Below are positions 55,188 through 64,000 of a DNA stretch of 64,000 nt, in pieces (the first letter of the stretch is position 1; the number at the start of each line of letters is the position of its first letter). Source of the DNA: Bdellovibrionota bacterium (lineage in GTDB: Bacteria; Bdellovibrionota_C; UBA2361; OMII01); assembly GCA_044351885.1 (NCBI GenBank), contig JBILEW010000011.1:2180-66179 (forward strand), written 5' to 3'. The position numbers and the translations under genes were made by a program. The notes beneath the pieces are model-generated. The model searched no databases. It worked only from the letters and a program-made list of their open reading frames with translations, and was not told where the DNA came from.

Positions 55188-57665
55188 CTAGTCGACTCGG
55201 TACAGCTCAGACGTGGTTATCGGACCGCGACTGACAGGGGTGCCAACAACTGCCGGCAACCGCACGGCTCCTTCGTAATAGAAATCGAGCGCCCTCAACA
55301 ACACAGCCCTATCGTCCAGAGCATGTGCCTCCATGTTACCGAGATCGGCCGAAAACCGGGTCGGCTGCGACTCGCTCTGTACGATCGTGTCCAACAAAAC
55401 GCGGGGAGGGAGTCCCCTCACTCGATCCCCAAAGAGGATACATAGAGCATGCAGGGGACTACCGGACGGCACAGAGATCCGATCTCTAGACCGCCGAAGC
55501 GCCAGACCTCTATCGACATGCTGCCCTTCGCTCGCGGGCATTCCTCTGTAGAACGAGACCCTGGGGTCCAATGTCATCATGATGGAGACGATCTGTTTTC
55601 GGGAAAAGGCGTCGGCACGCTGCTGTTCGAATGCTTGCATGTCTGCAAGCGACAAGCGGCTGAGGGAGAGCTGACCCCGAGACGATGCTGGCAGCATTTC
55701 TGGGTTTACAACTAGACCAGAGAGACGACCCTGAAGATCATTCCCAACAAAGTCTGCTAATCGCATGTCGAGTTCAGAGGCCTCCCAAGGAACAACACAT
55801 GCGGAATCGAAGCTGCTTTCCCCCAAACTGCCGCTCATCTTTGTATGCGCACTAGCGTGACAATTTCTCCATGACGCACGCGAAAGCCTCAGATCGACCG
55901 ACAACTCCCCGAAGCGCACATTTTCGAAGTGTGCTGAGTTACCCCGAATTCGAACAAGCGTGGCGGGACCATCGAGATGCACATCGCGCACGACCGCACC
56001 TTCTGCCAGATTAAAGTTCAGAAACGCAGCCCCAGCAGCGCGAGCTGGCTGAAATCGGATATTGTCGATCGTGATGACTCGGCCAGAGGTGAGCAGACTA
56101 CGTATCAACTCCGAGTGCAGGGGATCGTCTGCTATCTGATCTTGTTGCGCCTGGTATGCGTTCAGTAGCTTGGCTGCATACTCAGCGAAGGCCTCGTCCC
56201 TGCTGATTTGACGAGATAGCTCGATTTCGAGGACGCTCAGTCGAGACCGATCAAGGCAGGCTGCGGAGCTCACCTGTCGAGCAATTCGCAGCACGTGGTT
56301 ACCATCGGACTGTGCGACTATGGTCGCCCCCTCCGACGGCGCTAGCATCTCGCTCCGATCGAATACAGCAACATTGCGACCTGGGCCTGCCCCGGACACT
56401 ATCTCCTCATCTGAGGACGGAGCGCTGTGGGACATCTTCCCTAGAGGTTCCGGCCTCTTTCGAATCAGGTGATGCTGCACGCCATCAGCTCTACCGATAT
56501 CGCGAATCAGCTCGAAGCCGGAAAAGCTGCGGAGGTAGCCACTCAACGAAGCCAGCGCGTCGATAGCAGTTTGAATCTCTGGATTCCCTACCTCTATTGT
56601 TGGCGTGTAGCGTTTCGGTAGAGGCACAGCTCGCTCCTCTGCGACCCACACCTTGACGGGAGCTAGCCGCATGGTGCTCTCGTCCTCGAGCTCCTGCCAC
56701 CCCATCTTCACGGAGGGCGCCTCAAGCTCTCCGAAATCGGCGGGATTCAAACCTCTCGGTGCTTCTTGCTCGAGAGAAGCAGTCTGAGAAATCTCCAACG
56801 GTTCGTAGGCTCCCTGCGATGCTGTATCCAGGTCGAGAGGTTTAAGCTCAGCTAGGGCAACACCATACTTCGACATGAGAGCAGCCATACGCTCCTTACG
56901 CGCTGATATCGGCTCGTCGGAGATGCGCTTCTCGTATCGCATCTTCCACCAGCGTTCGGTGTAGGCTGCCTGCTCCTCGGGCTTCACCCGCGCCAGTGCC
57001 TTCTCGGAGGCACGCTCGAGACGGAATGCGTGATTGACCCGCGCCACCTTATTCAGGTTGAATGACTGCGGATTGTCTACCTGGTTGCGATAGTCGACGC
57101 CGCTGCACGGCTCGAGCGGCTTGTACGGCTCTATCCCTCGCAGGCGGAAGCGAGCTTCGTATGCACCTGGGGAGAGCGCCATCAGTGCGCAACGGGCCAT
57201 CTCTCTCCGACTCGCCGAAAAACGGGGATTTCGGAGGTAGCTCTTCCAAACGAACACCTTTCGCTCGAGCATCTCGATATGCTCACTCAGGACGGGAGCG
57301 ATTCCAAGAATCGGATCTGGCGAATATCTCGATTGCTGGGGTATCCGAGTGAGCCATCCATCGTCCGCATACTCACCCTTCTTCAACAGCCCTATTTTTT
57401 GCGCGAATTGAAGCAGCTCCTTGAGGTATCCAGCCTCCTTCAGGACCCTTTGACGTGTCTCACGCTCCTCGAGCTGCAATTCTACTGCGACCCGTCCGTA
57501 CGCTGCGCCCTTCGAGGGGCTCAAACCCTCCGCCAGTAGCAAGGGCATTGCAAGCGCCGGGGTATCCAGAGCCAACGTAGTTGCCCGATGTAATATTTCA
57601 CTGCGCATTGTGCGGCTCCACGAGAGACGGTGAAAGATGCTGTGAGGATGGCGATTTAAAGACAA
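55188..57665 (-). CDS. large hypothetical protein (825 aa; ATG at 57608 with SD ggag is the more likely start) with C-terminal beta-helix/pentapeptide-like region
   Basis: ITIDNIRFQPARAAGAAFLNFNLAEGAVVRDVHLDGPATLVRIRGNSAHFENVRFGELSVDLRLSRASWRNCHASAHTKMSGSLGESSFDSACVV. The remainder has no recognisable motif. Confidence 0.7.
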   Translation of the reverse strand: MSLNRHPHSIFHRLSWSRTMRSEILHRATTLALDTPALAMPLLLAEGLSPSKGAAYGRVAVELQLEERETRQRVLKEAGYLKELLQFAQKIGLLKKGEYADDGWLTRIPQQSRYSPDPILGIAPVLSEHIEMLERKVFVWKSYLRNPRFSASRREMARCALMALSPGAYEARFRLRGIEPYKPLEPCSGVDYRNQVDNPQSFNLNKVARVNHAFRLERASEKALARVKPEEQAAYTERWWKMRYEKRISDEPISARKERMAALMSKYGVALAELKPLDLDTASQGAYEPLEISQTASLEQEAPRGLNPADFGELEAPSVKMGWQELEDESTMRLAPVKVWVAEERAVPLPKRYTPTIEVGNPEIQTAIDALASLSGYLRSFSGFELIRDIGRADGVQHHLIRKRPEPLGKMSHSAPSSDEEIVSGAGPGRNVAVFDRSEMLAPSEGATIVAQSDGNHVLRIARQVSSAACLDRSRLSVLEIELSRQISRDEAFAEYAAKLLNAYQAQQDQIADDPLHSELIRSLLTSGRVITIDNIRFQPARAAGAAFLNFNLAEGAVVRDVHLDGPATLVRIRGNSAHFENVRFGELSVDLRLSRASWRNCHASAHTKMSGSLGESSFDSACVVPWEASELDMRLADFVGNDLQGRLSGLVVNPEMLPASSRGQLSLSRLSLADMQAFEQQRADAFSRKQIVSIMMTLDPRVSFYRGMPASEGQHVDRGLALRRSRDRISVPSGSPLHALCILFGDRVRGLPPRVLLDTIVQSESQPTRFSADLGNMEAHALDDRAVLLRALDFYYEGAVRLPAVVGTPVSRGPITTSELYRVD

Positions 57666-57703
57666 ACCTCACAGCGTAAAACGACGAACCGGGAACGATT
57701 CGG

Positions 57704-58387
57704 TCACTTCAAAAGTCCACGAAGGGAGCTTCGAGAGTGATCATCAAAGGCTTTCAGCAGTGCGCTGCGGTCGAGCCCAGACTTGATGATGCACGTATCC
57801 TCTAGTCCCAACGAACGAAAGAATGAAGCTACCTTCTTCCCCCCGTCAGCTCCCATGGCGAGCGCATTCATCTGGAACCCGCGCGCGGTGAAATCCGCGA
57901 TGCGGGGCCGGATATGCTCGGCTCGGGAACAACTGACCGGGTAGGCAGTCGAGTCGATCTCAACTCCATCCAGACCATCGGTTGCGATCATGACCGCGCA
58001 CCGAATACGCACTCCTTCCTCTGTGGCATCAGCCACGAGCTCCTTGAAGGCATCGAACACCCCCCCCAGCATGTCGAGAACTGGAGAACTAGCACTCTGC
58101 GCGATGGCAGAGGGCTCGATCTCTGGCACGTCCTCGAGTGGCTGCCAACCTGGAGAGAGCACTCCATTGAAGCTGACCAAGAGCACCCAGGTTTTTTCCC
58201 CGAGCTTTCCGGCCTTCAATGCTTTCAAAGTGCGATTCGCCTCGCTGACTTGCAACGAGAAGAGCGATTCACCACCGATCTTGGTTTGCACCGTGCTCGG
58301 CGAATTGTCCAGAAATACGACCAAATACCGATAATCGGCACTCAGTTCGGGCTTTCGGACTAACTGACCATTTACTGAACTAGACAT
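57704..58387 (-). CDS. von Willebrand factor A (vWA) domain protein, TerY-like (227 aa)
   Basis: MIDAS motif YLVVFLDNSPST (DxSxS), followed later by VMIATDGLDG. Confidence 0.8.
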   Translation of the reverse strand: MSSSVNGQLVRKPELSADYRYLVVFLDNSPSTVQTKIGGESLFSLQVSEANRTLKALKAGKLGEKTWVLLVSFNGVLSPGWQPLEDVPEIEPSAIAQSASSPVLDMLGGVFDAFKELVADATEEGVRIRCAVMIATDGLDGVEIDSTAYPVSCSRAEHIRPRIADFTARGFQMNALAMGADGGKKVASFFRSLGLEDTCIIKSGLDRSALLKAFDDHSRSSLRGLLK

Positions 58388-58423
58388 GCTTGACCATCCT
58401 TCCTCACGAAATCGTGAAAAGAA

Positions 58424-59464
58424 CTAGGAACCCAGAGCTCTACCCAAACACGGGCAGAGCTGCGCTGACACTTCATTCTTGCACTTTGGACAACGAGTCC
58501 AATGTGCCTCTGCTAGCAAACCCGCAGGAAAAGCTCCTCGACGCCCGCCTTTGAACACCTCGTAGAGGTAGTTGTAGAGCGGCTCGCTAAGGGCCTCCAA
58601 CGGACGTCGCATACTCGACGATTTGACGTTGATATTCCGGTCAAAGATGCTGATACCAGACAACGCCCGGACTCTCAGCCGATCAAGTTCCGGTCTCTTC
58701 AGAGCCTCGCGATGAGCTCCGTCCCACGGCGCGCGCCCGACAAGAACATCGAGCACTACGCACGCGAATCCGAACCAGTCCGACTCCTTTGAATAGTCAC
58801 GCCGACGTAACCAGGCACGATGATCGTTCTCACGCATAGATAGTTCCTGCACGAGAAGCTTCGGATCGATGGTCTTTTCGCATATCGTCTCGCACGGATA
58901 TCCTGGGATATCGTATGCGAGGGTATCGAATGCTACGAACCCCGATGGTCCGAATCCTACGTTGGATGGATTGACCTCTCCCATCAGGACCTTGCGCCTA
59001 TGGCACTCGGTGATAAATGCGTGCAATTCGAGCAGAGCAGCAGTCGCCTGCTGAGCTGTCCAATTTTTCGCATCATCCTTGAAAGAGCGAAGATCTTCCA
59101 CGTAGTCCATCGTATGACCGACGACGTAGCTGGACCCATCAAGATAGATCGGAAGTTTTGGAGCGATCGCCTTGGCGGGCAAAAGCTTTTTAACGACCTT
59201 CACTTTCTTGACGAACCGCCTACGTGTAAACCACGACGCCTGCGTATCAATCAACTTACGCTCGAACCGGAGCACCGTGTCTCCTACTATTCGAACCCAC
59301 GCCTCTCCGCCGTTCTTGATCAGTCGGGCATCAAAAGACGGAGACGGATTAGCACCCATCTCCTCATCCTGCAGAAGCTGCGCCAAATCAGCGCGAGACA
59401 GCGGCAGATTGTCGGACCGACGCAGGAGAGCTCCCTTGTCGTTCCGTTCGAGACGAATCTCCAT
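58424..59464 (-). CDS. atypical Ser/Thr protein-kinase-like protein with C-terminal zinc ribbon (346 aa)
   Basis: Catalytic-loop-like CHRRKVLMGEVNPSNVGF (HRD-x-KPSN with Asp replaced by Glu), a DFG-like FVAFDTLAY, and C-terminal CPKCKNEVSAQLCPC. The SD (aggag) lies inside the end of the upstream gene. Confidence 0.7.
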   Translation of the reverse strand: MEIRLERNDKGALLRRSDNLPLSRADLAQLLQDEEMGANPSPSFDARLIKNGGEAWVRIVGDTVLRFERKLIDTQASWFTRRRFVKKVKVVKKLLPAKAIAPKLPIYLDGSSYVVGHTMDYVEDLRSFKDDAKNWTAQQATAALLELHAFITECHRRKVLMGEVNPSNVGFGPSGFVAFDTLAYDIPGYPCETICEKTIDPKLLVQELSMRENDHRAWLRRRDYSKESDWFGFACVVLDVLVGRAPWDGAHREALKRPELDRLRVRALSGISIFDRNINVKSSSMRRPLEALSEPLYNYLYEVFKGGRRGAFPAGLLAEAHWTRCPKCKNEVSAQLCPCLGRALGS

Positions 59465-59466
59465 GA

Positions 59467-60315
59467 TTATTCTCCTGTGGAAAATGCGCGATCGGCACCG
59501 CCGTCGCTAGGAATGCGCCACACCCCCACGAGTGTGGCATCGTCTTTCGGCAGAACTGAGTTGGACGACACTGCGAGCGAGCGGCTCATCAGCGATTCGA
59601 TCCAATCCGTAGCAAGCGGACTACCAGGAACTCCTCGCCTCGCCAGCGCTGGGAGCAGCTCCAGAACACCATCGGTCCCTACCATGAAGGAATCGATGTC
59701 AGCGGTTCGCCCGACGTAAATCAGGCGAATCTTTCCGAGCGGAAAACGCTCATCCGACTCGGGCGATGTATCTACGCCGTAGATCGGAAGATCAGGACAG
59801 TTGTCTTTCGGAGATACGATCGAAAAGACCTCTCCGTTGACAGCCATGGTCCCGTCTCCGCAGGCATAGCCTACGACCACATCCTCGGTGATTAGAGCGC
59901 CCACCAACGTCGCCGATAACGACGATGCTGCCGGTTCCCCTCCACCGAGATACGATTTTGCCTTGGTCAATTCTTTAGACACCTCACCATTGAGCCATGC
60001 CACGAACTGACCTGCGAACTGAGTCGGGCTCATCTTCCGTGCGAACTCGAGGAGCTGCTGCTCCACGTCCACTACGAGCCGATGAACAGCGCGCGTGAGA
60101 ACTATAGAACCGAGCCTCGAGTCTTTTGCACTACTCACACCATCTGAGACATTCAACAGCATCGAGTGCTGTCGAACCTCACACAGCCCTGAGTCCTGAC
60201 TTTCAAGGCCAGCAAGCCGATGGGCTTGTCCAGTCATCGAAAAGCGCCCAGATTTGAATTGAGCGAACATAAAAACCTCCCGGGTATGCACCCTTGAGAA
60301 CCTTAAAATCACCAT
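59467..60315 (-). CDS. PP2C-family Ser/Thr phosphatase (likely start ATG at 60270, 267 aa)
   Basis: RLAGLESQDS, LLNVSDGVSSA, SATLVGALITEDVVVGYACGDGTMAV, FMVGTDGVLE, KDDATLVGV. An SD (gggagg) lies 5 nt before the ATG at 60270. Confidence 0.8.
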   Translation of the reverse strand: MVILRFSRVHTREVFMFAQFKSGRFSMTGQAHRLAGLESQDSGLCEVRQHSMLLNVSDGVSSAKDSRLGSIVLTRAVHRLVVDVEQQLLEFARKMSPTQFAGQFVAWLNGEVSKELTKAKSYLGGGEPAASSLSATLVGALITEDVVVGYACGDGTMAVNGEVFSIVSPKDNCPDLPIYGVDTSPESDERFPLGKIRLIYVGRTADIDSFMVGTDGVLELLPALARRGVPGSPLATDWIESLMSRSLAVSSNSVLPKDDATLVGVWRIPSDGGADRAFSTGE

Positions 60316-60590
60316 CTCTCACAACGATGCAGAGCCGCGACTGGCGCATCGTCCGTCCGACTTACCATCGTTGCGAGAGCAGTATTCCCTCTACCCACTA
60401 TTCCTAATGTACGTTCGGGTATAGCTTGCTCTCCGGCTACCAGCCTTCCTCCTAGAATTCGGAAGACAACTCCGCAGATGCGCTGAATCCTTCTCGGAAC
60501 TCTCCGAGGGAGGAGAAGGACGCCAACTGCGCTACAAATGGCGCATGACACGGCCTGACACTTCTGTGAATCGAACCTGTAAGGAGGCGC

Positions 60591-61100
60591 ATGACTAGCC
60601 CATCGCTTGGTGAGCGCATGTCGCGTCGACACGACGAGCTGCGGCAGGAGCGCCTAGAATCGTCAATTCGACGAATCGGATCTCTGCCGCCCCCTGCCGA
60701 GTCGACTCTGGCGCACCTATCCGTGAACCCTCGACTCCGTGAAGCGGTTTTGTCGGACGATGCCGCCCTCTGGCCACTCAGAGTGCTTGCCCTTCCGAAG
60801 GTTCCGGAGTTCGACAAACTCGAAGCGCAGACCCTCGTCCTCCTGGATAGGATAAATGCAGGCGCAGAGAATGCCCCCGACGGTCCTCGAAAAGAAGCGG
60901 CGCAGACTGCGCGAGACCGACTTCGACTAGCCTATCTCTTCCTGCGTTGGCCGCAGAACCGAGAGCTTGCGGCAGAGGCTCTTGCGCGATTTTCCGGAGA
61001 GCGCCCCTCTTTCGAGACGATTCCACTACCCAGTGTGAAAGAGAGTCTTTTCGGATTGCTAGGGGCTGTCTTGAAGGACTCGGGCACTAAGCAAGATTGA
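60591..61100 (+). CDS. hypothetical protein (169 aa), divergent from the triad operon
   Basis: ORF only. It lies 23 nt upstream of the 819-aa gene on the same strand. Confidence 0.45.
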   Translation: MTSPSLGERMSRRHDELRQERLESSIRRIGSLPPPAESTLAHLSVNPRLREAVLSDDAALWPLRVLALPKVPEFDKLEAQTLVLLDRINAGAENAPDGPRKEAAQTARDRLRLAYLFLRWPQNRELAAEALARFSGERPSFETIPLPSVKESLFGLLGAVLKDSGTKQD

Positions 61101-61123
61101 ATCACTCCCCGTGGAAAAGATGA

Positions 61124-63583
61124 ATGATTATCAGACTCGATAAACAAGCATTACCCCCTCTCCCCTCCAGGGCAGAGATGCTCGCGCTCGCTAACGATTC
61201 CACCCTGGTTTTGGACTTCGCGCGCGAAATCTGTCGTTCTTCCCAGTTTCTCCTGACATCCGAATTCACGCAACGAGCCCTTCTCTATCTGGCGCCGCAT
61301 TCAAAGACACTCCAAAAGTGTTGCGATACGCAGTCACAGCTCGAGGCCACCAACAGGAAAGTCAGAGAGATCCAAGTCGGATTGAGTGAAAAGATGCTCG
61401 CGAGTAAGGACGCTACTGGCGAGGCTGCCTTGAGAGCCTATCGGGAGGAGACTCATAGAGCACTAAACTCGCTGAAGAATGGCAATGGTCTGAATTTGGG
61501 TTCCAACCCCACCGACATCCCAGACCTGAATGCACTGTGGCATGAGGCGGAGACCCTGCTCACTCGAAATCAAAATATCCTCGAGAAATTCTCCAAAGAG
61601 ATAGAATCAGCGGTGGCGCTCTTCACGCAAAACGCCGAGAACATGTTGGATCACGTTGCGGCAACCGACGCCATGGCCCTAGCAGCGGCGCAACTCTGCA
61701 CGCTTTCTTCCTATTATCCTCGAGGTTTGTCTCCCGAGGCTGAGGCCGCCCGAGCTGGTTTGCTTCAGGTCTCTGGGGACAGCGAGACCATGCAGCACGT
61801 ACTCAGCCTCTACGAACTGGCCGAGATGGCAGCAGCCGGCCAGAGCGCCCCCCAATTACCGACACAGGGCTACTTCGCTCAACTAGCAAAACTCAAGAAA
61901 CAGCTTTCGACATCTTCTCCGTCAGCAGACCTTCGAGTACTGACAGAATTGAGGGACCTGTACGTCAGTAGTGGGAGCACCGCTCTTGCGTTTTACGCTG
62001 CTCTAAACTGTATTGCGGCGGGAGACACCTCTCACCAGACACTCTTTCTCGCCTTCGAGAGCGCCGACCAGCTCGGAATCCTGTGCACGCTGGCCGAAAG
62101 TCTGCGAAAGGTGCCGGATCACGCCAACAAACGAGCTATTCTACTACAGCTGTACCGGATCGCCCTGCGCACCGGGGATTCGAGCGGACAACAGCCGCTT
62201 GCTGCACTCAAAACTAATCACCTCATGTCCGCCGAGAAGAGCTTCGCGGAGTCCCTAGAATGCGAGAGAGCTCAGCAATATGACAAAGCCAAAGAGAAGG
62301 CAGTCTCTGCATGGTCGCATGCAAAGAAGGACCTCGCAAACTTGTCTCATCTGGCGCTGCAGTCCATGAAGCTTGCACATCAAATCCATTTCAAGATGAA
62401 TCATACTGCGGAAGAGAATGTGAACTTTTCCGACACCGTAGTGATACAACTCCTCAAGCTCGATTCGGAGGATAGCCTGGCTTGGGAGATACTCTGTGGA
62501 GGCGTTCTCGATGAAAGCGCCCCTGGCAAGCAGCCCTGGGAAGCGCTCGACCAACTTCTTGCAACAGTACGGAGCTCCACAGGAGCCTATATTGCAGGAG
62601 CATACGCTCACCAGAGAGGCGACATCCCACGTATGGTCCATTATCTCTCGAAAACGGGCGATCATTCGCAGTCAGCGCTACTAGCAAAGATTGCATTAGC
62701 GGATCTTGCTCACACGCAAGGAGACCACAAGAAAGCTGACCAACTGATCGGGTACGTGAGCACGTGGGCACCTCATCATTCCCTGCTTCCGCGACTTGCT
62801 CTACCAGGTGCGTCGGTTCGCATACGCAAGCCGGGGATTATTCCGCCACAAGGGCTACCAGTCGGGGAATGGGAAAGTACTACTCGGCTCGCGATAGCGA
62901 ATGCCCTGGTCGCTGCACAAAGAGGAATGCCGCCTGCAGAGGCGCTATCCACAATACCGGAATACGCCAAGTTACGGAATCTTCTCGAACCTCACTCCCC
63001 TCTCTTCCAGAAGTGTCGCGACACTGCTCGCGAGCTGAAAGAGTACGTAGACACGTTAACCCCGTTCGTCGACCAGTCGAACCCGCTTACATGGGGCCAT
63101 CTGCTGTGGTCCTCGAATCAGATTCACTGGAGCAGCGCGGTACACATCCACGAGGCGCTCAATCCAGGAGGCCACACGTACACGCTGGGCCAGATGGTGA
63201 ACCTATTGGATGACCTCGAACGAGCTGTCGTGGTCCTCGATCCATGGATGCAACACTTTGCTCCTCTGCGCTTGCGCGACCGCATCTCACAGGCAGCGCA
63301 AAGTGCCAGGCGAGCCCATGGAAGATGTACCGAGCTTTTCACGACGTCGAAGGATGAGGCTGCCAAGGCCCAGAGCGTGGTTGAATTAATCTCCCAAATC
63401 ACGCAGGTGCGGGACCTACTTGTTTCCGAAGTCAGCAACAACCTCTTGAGAGGCAAAGACGCGCTCGCTGAATGGACCGACAAGCTGCTCTCGCTCCCTG
63501 CGGAAGGCCTGCTCGAAACCAGCTTCCATAAGAGGTCCCAGATACAATCCAATCGGAAAGTCCGACTCAAAGAGGGACCGTAA
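61124..63583 (+). CDS. large all-alpha, TPR-like helical-repeat hypothetical protein (819 aa)
   Basis: Long ORF. The sequence is helix-rich with TPR-like stretches (AGAYAHQRGDIPRMVHYLSKTGDHSQSALLAKIALADLAHTQGDHKKADQLIGYV). No catalytic motif was seen. Confidence 0.65.
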   Translation: MIIRLDKQALPPLPSRAEMLALANDSTLVLDFAREICRSSQFLLTSEFTQRALLYLAPHSKTLQKCCDTQSQLEATNRKVREIQVGLSEKMLASKDATGEAALRAYREETHRALNSLKNGNGLNLGSNPTDIPDLNALWHEAETLLTRNQNILEKFSKEIESAVALFTQNAENMLDHVAATDAMALAAAQLCTLSSYYPRGLSPEAEAARAGLLQVSGDSETMQHVLSLYELAEMAAAGQSAPQLPTQGYFAQLAKLKKQLSTSSPSADLRVLTELRDLYVSSGSTALAFYAALNCIAAGDTSHQTLFLAFESADQLGILCTLAESLRKVPDHANKRAILLQLYRIALRTGDSSGQQPLAALKTNHLMSAEKSFAESLECERAQQYDKAKEKAVSAWSHAKKDLANLSHLALQSMKLAHQIHFKMNHTAEENVNFSDTVVIQLLKLDSEDSLAWEILCGGVLDESAPGKQPWEALDQLLATVRSSTGAYIAGAYAHQRGDIPRMVHYLSKTGDHSQSALLAKIALADLAHTQGDHKKADQLIGYVSTWAPHHSLLPRLALPGASVRIRKPGIIPPQGLPVGEWESTTRLAIANALVAAQRGMPPAEALSTIPEYAKLRNLLEPHSPLFQKCRDTARELKEYVDTLTPFVDQSNPLTWGHLLWSSNQIHWSSAVHIHEALNPGGHTYTLGQMVNLLDDLERAVVVLDPWMQHFAPLRLRDRISQAAQSARRAHGRCTELFTTSKDEAAKAQSVVELISQITQVRDLLVSEVSNNLLRGKDALAEWTDKLLSLPAEGLLETSFHKRSQIQSNRKVRLKEGP

Positions 63584-64000
63584 GCACTCGTGGAGCGGTG
63601 AGGACCTCCGAGAATTATCCTGAGGCTCGAGACCGGCGTCCTCTCTATGCAACTAATCGAGCGATACGCCGGTAGGCATCCCCCCGAGTTCGATCTTTAC
63701 GAGGCGCCCCGTAGGTTTTTCTGGGACTACAATCAATAAAGCAGTACCTGGAGGAAATAGCCAGGGAATCACTATAGCTCCCCACTCCAGGTTCCCACCG
63801 ACAGCGCCCGTCAACCTACGCTCTCGTCGATCAATAAGTCTATAGTCGCCTCCGCCAATCGCGGGCGCAGCCCGCTGTAGTATGGAGGAAGCCCGGCAAG
63901 ATACGTGGAACTTAGTGACTCTACTCAGTGAATCGGCGACGGTTACACAGACCCTGCAAGCAATTTACATCGGCAGGCGCCTCGCTCGCCGTTTCACCGC

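Noticed and set aside
63882-64000. Possible start of a + strand ORF (MEEARQDTWNLVTLLSESATVTQTLQAIYIGRRLARRF...) running off the window. There is also a 30-aa ORF at 63648-63740.
   Set aside because: Too short, with no motif or convincing SD. It cannot be supported from 39 codons.

Overview
64 kb of chromosomal DNA from a moderately GC-rich Gram-negative bacterium. The Gram-negative call rests on a Tat signal, an outer-membrane beta-barrel protein and a periplasmic alpha-2-macroglobulin. The lineage is not determinable by eye. Coding density is high on both strands. I found no rRNA, tRNA, CRISPR array, integrase or transposase.

Recognisable content, in order:
- cysC 3' end.
- A 1215-aa protein with about 10 N-terminal tandem repeats and two GT-B glycosyltransferase domains.
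- A 2306-aa SNF2-family helicase with an internal ~290-aa duplication and a degenerate methyltransferase-like tail.
- Two divergent DoxX genes.
- A thioester (CAEQ) alpha-2-macroglobulin operon of the yfaS/mag type.
- A divergent NagZ(GH3)-SpoIID fusion.
- A fatty-acid hydroxylase / HTTM-like-DCC oxidoreductase operon.
- An operon with two alkaline-phosphatase-superfamily enzymes.
- yciH.
- An OMP-merP-merT-like trio.
- Three PAS/His-kinase genes.
- etfBA plus a DUF192 gene.
- A Ski2/HelY-like helicase split into two ORFs.
- An ABC ATPase, dus and a cold-shock gene.

Two observations stand out.
1. The block from about 47.9 to 63.6 kb is rich in ORFans. It is centred on a tightly coupled PP2C phosphatase / atypical kinase / vWA triad (TerY-P-like). 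On the same strand this triad is followed by three uncharacterised genes: two share a beta-helix-like module and one is a 4-TM protein.
2. Five intergenic palindromic MITE-like elements have arms built from 6-nt periodic (N)ACGTG units. Two of them carry the same internally deleted remnant of a four-helix-bundle (23S rRNA intervening-sequence type) gene.

All functional calls come from motif recognition by eye. No searches were run.
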